Both the position numbers and the translations under genes were made by a program. Under the pieces are notes generated by a model that searched no databases, was not told the DNA's origin, and saw only the letters and a list, made by a program, of their open reading frames with translations. A stretch of DNA of 20,000 nucleotides from an uncultured virus (IMG/VR IMGVR_UViG_3300006990_000025) (taxonomy: Duplodnaviria; Heunggongvirae; Uroviricota; Caudoviricetes). Of this stretch, positions 6,912 to 13,745 are shown one piece after another. Numbering within the stretch: position 1 is the stretch's first letter; each line of letters begins with the position of its first letter. The stretch lies in IMG/VR virus record IMGVR_UViG_3300006990_000025; one strand, given 5' to 3'.

Positions 6912-9230
6912 TTAATCCTCCGCATCTAAGGCTCTTTTGAGTTTAGAAGCCCACGATTTACCCGCACGGCCACCCCAAAGCATAGCCGCAGTCCATGCTG
7001 GACTATCTTTCGGCTCATCTAAGAATCGAGCGTTTCTTCCCCACCATCTAATCATTTTCTTAGCCTTGAAAACAGTTATTGCAGTACCCCGTGCAATTGC
7101 TCTTGCTTCTTTTACAGTTGTTCCTTCTAATCCTGACCCACCGTAACCATCTTCAAAGAGTTTTATTCCTGTCTTACAAGCACTTCTAACTCCCTGTGGT
7201 GGGATTCTGTCTTTTTTTGTTAATGCTCTCTTGTCTATAATGTCCTCTGTTATCTCTTCATCTTCAACAGACTTCTTACTTGATAGTGGGTGTCCTTTTG
7301 GAAATAAATCTTGGTCATGTTTGCCACCCCTCCACTTGCCATTTTTCAAAGCATACAAGAATGAATTGACTCTCGCATAAGCCCATTGGTCAGCACTACT
7401 CACGGAAGGTCGCACTGATTGAGGGTTAGAATTGTATGCACCTACTCCCCTTCGGAAGACTGACACAAGGGTTCGGGTGCTTGTCTTTTTAGTGGGTGTG
7501 CTAACAGAGGCGTTGTGTTTCTTGGCTTTCTCTGCCAATGTCTTTCTCACACCCGCCGCCACTTTCTTTGTTTGTGGTTCTTTAATTACTCTTAGCATAG
7601 ATACTTTTACTGGAACGCTTCTATCACTGCGGCTATATGTTCCATCTTCGTTATCAACATAAACAACAACCCGTGCAACTGCATTATCTTCACTTGCCTC
7701 AATTGTTTCTTGTCCTCCACTTGAAGTAACAACCGCTACTTCACCGGAAGTTATCACTGATGAAACCTGACCGACATATTTTCCTTTTTGGGTAGTCCAA
7801 GATACATACTGTCCGTTCTCAACACTATCGGCTTTCATAACCCAATAGTCATAATGCCCGACTGGGGCTTCCGAAAAGTTTTCCGAAAAAGTTTGAAAAC
7901 TTTCTTGACGCTGATTAATAGTTAATTTTGGTGATAAGAAAGACGGGTCATCGGCGTTTGCTTCGGGTATTGCTTCAAGTCCGAGCATGTGCCGTGACTC
8001 ATTGATGCTAATAACTCCCTCTTGTCTAAGAGCGGCGATAGCCTGACCCTGCGCCCTAACAACTTCGGCCATTACCTTTTGTTTAGATGGTCGAATTGAA
8101 TTAAACTTGAACCTGTAATCTTTAACCCCCAACAGTGGTAGTATCTTATGATTTACCATAGATTCTATTCTGTATTGATATGCTTCAACAACATCGTACC
8201 AAGAGTCGAGTTGTGTTTCTGGATTTGACATTTTACCTGTTTGCACCCAACCAAGTTTCATTGGAGGTATGCCGAATACTGCACATATCTCTTCCCTGTA
8301 ATAGTAAAGTAAATCCAAATGCTGACCATCTTTCATAGAGTCGAGTAATCGAACAGTTTGAAACCCTGTTCCACCATTAACCGCTACAAGACCAAATGGT
8401 GATTTGCCCCCGCTCAACTGTTGCTCAAGCATGGTTAGCATAGATTTCATTTCAGCGTTAGAAACATCTCCAACATTGAGAATCGTCTTTGGTAATGTGC
8501 CAGTGAATGATTCGTTTATGTAATTCGATAAGTTTAGATGCCCTGCAATAGTATTCATCAAAGGAACAATCGGTGAAGAACCATACCCTCTCCCTGCTTT
8601 GTATTTTGATATGTGAAGAACTTTTGTTGAAGTGAACATTCGTTTCTTGCCATTGATGGTTTGAACATAAGCCATAGCAGGTGGTGCAGGAGTTCTGTTA
8701 GCAGGAACAAGCCTCATAGTTTCAGCAGGAATATTCCATATAGATGTAAGGTTGCCACCAAAATTCCAGTTTTGACCATTGTTAGTTGATTTATCTTTTG
8801 ACCCATCCAATTCTAAATACGCATCACCAAATAGTGCCAAGTCAAAGATTAACGATTCAAGCCATTCGTCGCCATTATCGTCAGGGTTTGGTGTTTTGAA
8901 AAACTCTCTAAGCGTAGTTAGTTCAGCATCATTCCCTTGTTCGATGCCGTCTTGTAAGTGAAACTGATAGCCGTTACCTAATGTATCATCAACTGTCCTT
9001 CTTAGAATGGCATTTATAACTTCATTTTGAAGGCTAATTTGTTTAATTAAAGTGTAATCAATGTCGGGGCTTGCACTTTTGCTATGATAGCCTTTTCCAG
9101 CAGTTTGCATACCTATTTTTGTCAAAGAGGCTAATGCCTTTGTATCTAATTCCCCTCTATCTGGAACGGGAAGTGCTTCTATTCGATTTCTTTTAAACAA
9201 ATCAAGAAAACGCCTACGCCCCTCCGCCAT
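6912..9230 (-). CDS. Portal protein (HK97-family) with a ~330-aa C-terminal multi-domain extension
   Basis: PNP...DLALFGDAYLE, GYGSSPI, EEICAVFGIPPMKLG and ISINESRHMLGLEAI portal motifs lie in about aa 50-430. The gene sits between terminase and protease. Confidence 0.92.
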   Translation of the reverse strand: MAEGRRRFLDLFKRNRIEALPVPDRGELDTKALASLTKIGMQTAGKGYHSKSASPDIDYTLIKQISLQNEVINAILRRTVDDTLGNGYQFHLQDGIEQGNDAELTTLREFFKTPNPDDNGDEWLESLIFDLALFGDAYLELDGSKDKSTNNGQNWNFGGNLTSIWNIPAETMRLVPANRTPAPPAMAYVQTINGKKRMFTSTKVLHISKYKAGRGYGSSPIVPLMNTIAGHLNLSNYINESFTGTLPKTILNVGDVSNAEMKSMLTMLEQQLSGGKSPFGLVAVNGGTGFQTVRLLDSMKDGQHLDLLYYYREEICAVFGIPPMKLGWVQTGKMSNPETQLDSWYDVVEAYQYRIESMVNHKILPLLGVKDYRFKFNSIRPSKQKVMAEVVRAQGQAIAALRQEGVISINESRHMLGLEAIPEANADDPSFLSPKLTINQRQESFQTFSENFSEAPVGHYDYWVMKADSVENGQYVSWTTQKGKYVGQVSSVITSGEVAVVTSSGGQETIEASEDNAVARVVVYVDNEDGTYSRSDRSVPVKVSMLRVIKEPQTKKVAAGVRKTLAEKAKKHNASVSTPTKKTSTRTLVSVFRRGVGAYNSNPQSVRPSVSSADQWAYARVNSFLYALKNGKWRGGKHDQDLFPKGHPLSSKKSVEDEEITEDIIDKRALTKKDRIPPQGVRSACKTGIKLFEDGYGGSGLEGTTVKEARAIARGTAITVFKAKKMIRWWGRNARFLDEPKDSPAWTAAMLWGGRAGKSWASKLKRALDAED

Positions 9231-9269
9231 GAACCTTACTATATGCCTTTGGTTCTAAACCTTATCGGC

Positions 9270-9641
9270 TTATTTTGTTTCAAGTTTCAACTTTTCCAAC
9301 TCAACCTTCATCTCATGGTCATGTTGAGCCTTAGCCAAATTCATTTCATGCTCATGTTGAGCCTTTGCTCTTGCCAGTCTTGCTTCGGTTTCAGCAGGAA
9401 TAGCATCAACTTCATTCTTTTGTTCTGTTTTCCAAAGTTCAAGAATGCTATTCATAAACATGAGAGCCGGACCACTTATGAAACCCAATAAGATACCATA
9501 CTCTTCAAGCCTATCTAGTAGTTCGGGGTTGTTTAATCCTCTCCAAATAATAAGACATGCGAACCCTACAAATGCAAGTATTGATGGAACACCAATAACC
9601 CACACTAATTTATCATTTTGACTTGCTTTGTTATTACTCAT
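9270..9641 (-). CDS. Membrane protein, 2 TM helices plus C-terminal coiled coil (holin-like candidate)
   Basis: Probable start ATG 9641 after GGAGATGA. Hydrophobic segments LVWVIGVPSILAFVGFACLIIW and YGILLGFISGPALMFM, then a duplicated AKAQHEHEM/AKAQHDHEM. Confidence 0.7.
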   Translation of the reverse strand: MSNNKASQNDKLVWVIGVPSILAFVGFACLIIWRGLNNPELLDRLEEYGILLGFISGPALMFMNSILELWKTEQKNEVDAIPAETEARLARAKAQHEHEMNLAKAQHDHEMKVELEKLKLETK

Positions 9642-9655
9642 ATTATCATCTCCTT

Positions 9656-9916
9656 TTACATAATCACTGGTAATCCGAGAACTGCGCTTATTACTCCAAT
9701 ACCAATCCCGATAACTTTCTTGACGACGCTTCTTAGTTCGCCTTCCACTTCTTGTTTGAATGCCATTACTACTTCTATGTCTTTCTTCATCTCGGCTTGT
9801 TCTATTTTCATCTCGCTTATGTCGTCGGCTATGTGAGCCAAGTGGTTGTCTCTGATTTGAACTACATCGGCGTGAACCTGTTTCATCATCACTAACAGAG
9901 CGTCGCTTGGTGACAT
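9656..9916 (-). CDS. Coiled-coil protein with a C-terminal TM anchor (XhlA-like architecture)
   Basis: Heptad-rich body ending in VIGIGIGVISAVLGLPVIM. A TTTTAA box (9940-9945) lies 24 nt upstream of the ATG. Confidence 0.75.
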   Translation of the reverse strand: MSPSDALLVMMKQVHADVVQIRDNHLAHIADDISEMKIEQAEMKKDIEVVMAFKQEVEGELRSVVKKVIGIGIGVISAVLGLPVIM

Positions 9917-10041
9917 TACTTATTGACAGTAATACACGGTTAAAAAGGTATATGATGTGACGGGGTATAGTCAGCATCAAGGGAGTCAAAACCCATATCC
10001 ATAAAGCGATTAGATATGATAGTGGAAGTATGAAAATTACA

Positions 10042-11568
10042 TCAAGCACCAAAAGTCCTCATCTCCATTACACCGCCCCCATCAAAGACTTGTAATGCCA
10101 ACCTTGCATAAAGTAAAGCATGAAAAGCATGGTCGTCACTATCTCTTCCATACTTGGTTAGAGTTTGTCCTCTAATCGGTTTGGTATTTTTCTCATCCTT
10201 TTCAGCCGATGAAGTTATTGAAGTCCATTGATGAATCACCCAGTCAAGCGACTCATCTTCATATGGTAGTGATATTTCACCACGCTTAATTTGTTCTAAT
10301 GTTTCTTCAACATAAGTGGTTCTATCAACTACGCACATATAGATTAGATTCCTGTTGTTATCCCTGCGCTTGTATTCGTAAGGTGTCATTGGCCTTGATG
10401 AATAATAACAAGACCTAACTCTTTCTCCAAATTCCTCTTGAAGTTCCTTGACCTGTCTTGCACCATAACCAATATCAGCAACAACTTGAACGCAGTTATA
10501 ATCTGTAATAAGTTTCTTCAATATGGCAACTTCATCACCTTCGCCTGATTCTCTTGCATCCAGTTCAAGTGCATTTAGTATAACTCCCTTATCGGTCATA
10601 ATAACTACGGTGGTTGTTGCTCCCCAATCAATACCCATGAAAGTTTCCTGTGGTGGTAAAACTCCCCTGACTATTCCCCTATTTCTATCAAGACATGGTA
10701 GCACTTCATCGAATGTTAGAGGTTTAGAAGTACCCGCCCAAAATTCACCCAGTACCTCATTTGCATATCGTCTTGGTGTGTATGTTTCTTTCTTTTGGGC
10801 TATATCGGCTGAACTAATATCGGGGTGCATAGTTTGTGATATATGATAACCGATAATGTTAGCCTTGCTATCTGTATGAACCCATCTTTGGGCTTCTTCA
10901 TCCCATTCTCCCTGTGTTGATTTTTCCCACATTTTCCAAAATTCCGAACCCTGTTCACGGGCAGTTCCAGACACAACTACCCATTTGTAATCCGATTGAG
11001 CCAACATCTCAACCAACATAGGCAATACATCGGAGTCGGAGTCTTGGTATTCATCAACACAACATAAATCGGCCTCAATACCCAACAGAGCGTGAGCATC
11101 ACCCCAATTAGAATAAGCGTATAGGTGATTCAAAGATAAAGCCCCAACATCGAATGTTTGGTGACTGACACTTGATTTGATTCTTGATTTTAATAAGCAC
11201 CCACCGTTAATACTGCTCATCATAGCACCATTGAACCTCTCTTCAACAAACCTTGTCACTTGAGGTTGTCTTGGTGCAGTATAGACCGCATTGAAATAAG
11301 GTATATTCAACAAAGCGTAAAGCAATAAGTTGCATATCGTTTCAGTTTTCTCAACCTTCCTACTGCATTTTAGCATTATCATTTTGGTGGTGTCAGACTT
11401 TTCCATAGCCCCGAAGTGCCTATAAATCTCAATAAGATATGGCCGCTCATCAAGCATGAACGGTTTGCCGTCAATAGTTCGGAAGTATTGCGACCATCTA
11501 TCGGGGTAAAGTGCAACGGCTTTCGCCTGTTCCGCATTGAGCCGACTGGTATTAGCAGGTTCGCCCAT
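10042..11568 (-). CDS. terL: Terminase large subunit
   Basis: N-terminal ATPase (deviant Walker A KCSRKVEKTE, Walker B LCCVDEYQD, VVSGT motif III) and C-terminal RNase H-like nuclease (MGIDWG, VVADIGYG, DDHAFHALLYA). Confidence 0.9.
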   Translation of the reverse strand: MGEPANTSRLNAEQAKAVALYPDRWSQYFRTIDGKPFMLDERPYLIEIYRHFGAMEKSDTTKMIMLKCSRKVEKTETICNLLLYALLNIPYFNAVYTAPRQPQVTRFVEERFNGAMMSSINGGCLLKSRIKSSVSHQTFDVGALSLNHLYAYSNWGDAHALLGIEADLCCVDEYQDSDSDVLPMLVEMLAQSDYKWVVVSGTAREQGSEFWKMWEKSTQGEWDEEAQRWVHTDSKANIIGYHISQTMHPDISSADIAQKKETYTPRRYANEVLGEFWAGTSKPLTFDEVLPCLDRNRGIVRGVLPPQETFMGIDWGATTTVVIMTDKGVILNALELDARESGEGDEVAILKKLITDYNCVQVVADIGYGARQVKELQEEFGERVRSCYYSSRPMTPYEYKRRDNNRNLIYMCVVDRTTYVEETLEQIKRGEISLPYEDESLDWVIHQWTSITSSAEKDEKNTKPIRGQTLTKYGRDSDDHAFHALLYARLALQVFDGGGVMEMRTFGA

Positions 11569-11610
11569 AACCCCGCTTGGGGCGTTAGGGTTTAGAACCG
11601 TTGTGGTTGT

Positions 11611-11781
11611 TCATACTCTTCTATCAACTACCCAATGACGGATTCTGTAATTGACCCATTCGTAAGTATCACAACTCTTACAATAAATTACCTCATCACC
11701 TGCAACATATACATTTGATTTGTCGCAACAATCGCAGTTCACTTTTGTAGTTATCTTCCCTCTTTGGTGTGTTATCGCCAT
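11611..11781 (-). CDS. Small Zn-ribbon protein (56 aa)
   Basis: Missed by the track: MAITHQRGKITTKVNCDCCDKSNVYVAGDEVIYCKSCDTYEWVNYRIRHWVVDRRV. Two CxxC motifs, and the ATG is 24 nt from the TATA box at 11805-11811. Confidence 0.75.
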   Translation of the reverse strand: MAITHQRGKITTKVNCDCCDKSNVYVAGDEVIYCKSCDTYEWVNYRIRHWVVDRRV

Positions 11782-11800
11782 GTTACAAGATGGGGGGTCG

Positions 11801-11819
11801 CCCCTATATAACAGTTGTG
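11801..11819 (-). promoter_or_regulatory. Class I-type promoter (ACAACTG-TTATATA-GGGG), lacking TAGGAC
   Basis: + strand cccctatataacagttgtg. Confidence 0.75.
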
Positions 11820-11820
11820 T

Positions 11821-12090
11821 CTATTCTTCCACTATTTCAACCAAATTATCAGGAGGAAGGCTCGCCAAGCCCCAAAAAATACCACATGGTTTGCCACATA
11901 TCACGGCTATGTTAGGCCATTTGTTGCCGTCACCTAACCACAGAGCGTCTATTGGTCCGGTTCTTTCACAACTCGGACATTCTTTGACAGTGCCTACTCC
12001 ACTAACTTTAGTTTTGTAGCCTTTGTCATCCCCGTTATTTGGAACAAGAACCATAGATGGTATTTTTTTGTTAGTCAGCCATTGAGTCAT
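11821..12090 (-). CDS. Zn-ribbon protein
   Basis: CPSC...CGKPC motifs. The start is probably ATG 12090 (GGTGG upstream) rather than 12165. Confidence 0.65.
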   Translation of the reverse strand: MTQWLTNKKIPSMVLVPNNGDDKGYKTKVSGVGTVKECPSCERTGPIDALWLGDGNKWPNIAVICGKPCGIFWGLASLPPDNLVEIVEE

Positions 12091-12343
12091 CAACGCCCAC
12101 CGCCATATATTCACATCTAACTCTGGCGTTACCATGACGGTTAATGCCGTTCTTAGAAATCTCAACAGACTTTATCTCGCCTTCCTTTGCCAGTCGCTTG
12201 AGAATGAAACTCATTTGTCTTGGTGTCCTTTGGTACTTTTGAGAGTTGTTTACTGCGTCAGCAATAACACCTGCACCCAACGCTCTTTTTTCAGTTGCCA
12301 GTTTGTCTTTTATTGCTTGCCGAATGCTTTTGGGTATCTTCAT
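12071..12343 (-). CDS. Winged helix-turn-helix protein, putative transcription regulator
   Basis: Basic 90 aa. LGAGVIADAV...TPRQMSFILKRLAKEGEIKSV...EY is a wHTH-like pattern. AGGAG RBS. Confidence 0.65.
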   Translation of the reverse strand: MKIPKSIRQAIKDKLATEKRALGAGVIADAVNNSQKYQRTPRQMSFILKRLAKEGEIKSVEISKNGINRHGNARVRCEYMAVGVDDSMAD

Positions 12344-12361
12344 GTCGCTTTCTCCTGTATA

Positions 12362-12388
12362 GTCCTATATACTGGTAGTATATAACCT
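12362..12388 (-). promoter_or_regulatory. Class I promoter (TTATATA-N11-TAGGAC) containing an inverted repeat
   Basis: + strand gtccta(12362-12367)-N11-tatataa(12379-12385). tatatact-ggt-agtatata is palindromic. Confidence 0.75.
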
Positions 12389-12398
12389 TTACCCCAAC

Positions 12399-13538
12399 CT
12401 ACTCAACAATAAGTCCTTTTTTCTTGCATTCAGGACACTTCAAGTTAAGCGATGGCGGGGGCATATCACCCTCATTAAGCGACACTATAACTCTTTGCCC
12501 GCATACTGTGCATCTAACTTGGTTTATGTAATAATCACCACTTGCTTTGTTGTGGTTGAGTCTTATAGGCAACCGCTTATCTAAATAAATTGGAGGTATA
12601 GGTTTAGAAACATTTATAGACTCCCCGCCCACCTGCGTATCGCCTCCGCCTGATTCAAGACCCGAAGCAGGGTCTATTGGTTCTTGTAGTTTCATTTTAC
12701 TTCTAACGCCATTGGCAGTATATTTTCCATCAAGTAAAGCCGATGAATTGTAACCGTTTACATCAGCACTTGTAAAATAATTAGGACTGAAAGCCCATGT
12801 TATCACATTGGACTCCTGCAAGATGTATAAAGCCGAATTTGAAAGAACAACATTATGCGAATTTAAGTGAGTTTTTTGGTCATAACCTAAACAATCCTGA
12901 CCTGCTGATGGATTTTTGGCATAGTGACCTATGGAATATAATAGCCGTGCAATATAATCCGAGCCTTGTAATGATTTATGATATGACCTCCATTCGACAA
13001 ATCTCGCTTCACAATCTTTCATGTAAAGTTCCTGTGTCTTATCATCATCAATTGGATTTGGATATAATGCGTGTATAACAGTTGATTGCGCCCCCATCCT
13101 TCTTTGAGCATAATTACTTTTAGTCACTGTTGCATTTTCCAATAAAACAAATGTCAGGAATATATCTTGTGTTGAATCAACCGGCTTATTCATTACAATA
13201 GCCCATTCCCTGTTTAATTTTAACTCCATTGTTGTATCAGATTTTTGATATAAATATCCAACAACGCATGAGTTCGCACTAGAAAGCATTTCCTCATCTT
13301 CCGAAGTGAAACCATGTCTTAAAGAACCGTGAGTTACCCCCCGTAAATTGTGTTTCGCAGTTATTCTAATCATTGGATTAGGTAATGAACTTCTTTCTTC
13401 TAAGATTGAGTTGTATTCGTGCATGGAAATTTCTGGATTATCATGCTTCATAAAGTATTGAATAGCATACTCACTTTGTAAGCAAACGCCGTCAATCAAA
13501 ACTTCGTCACTGGATTTGAAAGGTAAATGACTACTCAT
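12399..13538 (-). CDS. Hypothetical protein with a C-terminal Zn ribbon (379 aa)
   Basis: Long ORF with an ATGA overlap to the upstream gene, and CTVC...CPEC at the C-terminus after a Gly-rich linker. Confidence 0.8.
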   Translation of the reverse strand: MSSHLPFKSSDEVLIDGVCLQSEYAIQYFMKHDNPEISMHEYNSILEERSSLPNPMIRITAKHNLRGVTHGSLRHGFTSEDEEMLSSANSCVVGYLYQKSDTTMELKLNREWAIVMNKPVDSTQDIFLTFVLLENATVTKSNYAQRRMGAQSTVIHALYPNPIDDDKTQELYMKDCEARFVEWRSYHKSLQGSDYIARLLYSIGHYAKNPSAGQDCLGYDQKTHLNSHNVVLSNSALYILQESNVITWAFSPNYFTSADVNGYNSSALLDGKYTANGVRSKMKLQEPIDPASGLESGGGDTQVGGESINVSKPIPPIYLDKRLPIRLNHNKASGDYYINQVRCTVCGQRVIVSLNEGDMPPPSLNLKCPECKKKGLIVE

Positions 13539-13741
13539 GCTTCAACCTCCTTCATGGCTTGATTCCAAGTGTCAGATTTTACGCCCCCATAGAGGACTTC
13601 TAAACCCGCCTCAATGCCTTCTTCTTTCATTAGGTTGTGAACCTCCGTTGCTATCAACAGAGCCAATTCCTGTATGTTAGGAATGTCTATTGGTAGCCCT
13701 TCGTCAGTTTGCATTCTTATTGCTATTGTATCGTATTTCAT
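13535..13741 (-). CDS. Small acidic hypothetical protein (68 aa)
   Basis: Fits tightly between the VWA gene and the 379-aa gene. Confidence 0.7.
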   Translation of the reverse strand: MKYDTIAIRMQTDEGLPIDIPNIQELALLIATEVHNLMKEEGIEAGLEVLYGGVKSDTWNQAMKEVEA

Positions 13742-13745
13742 TTTA

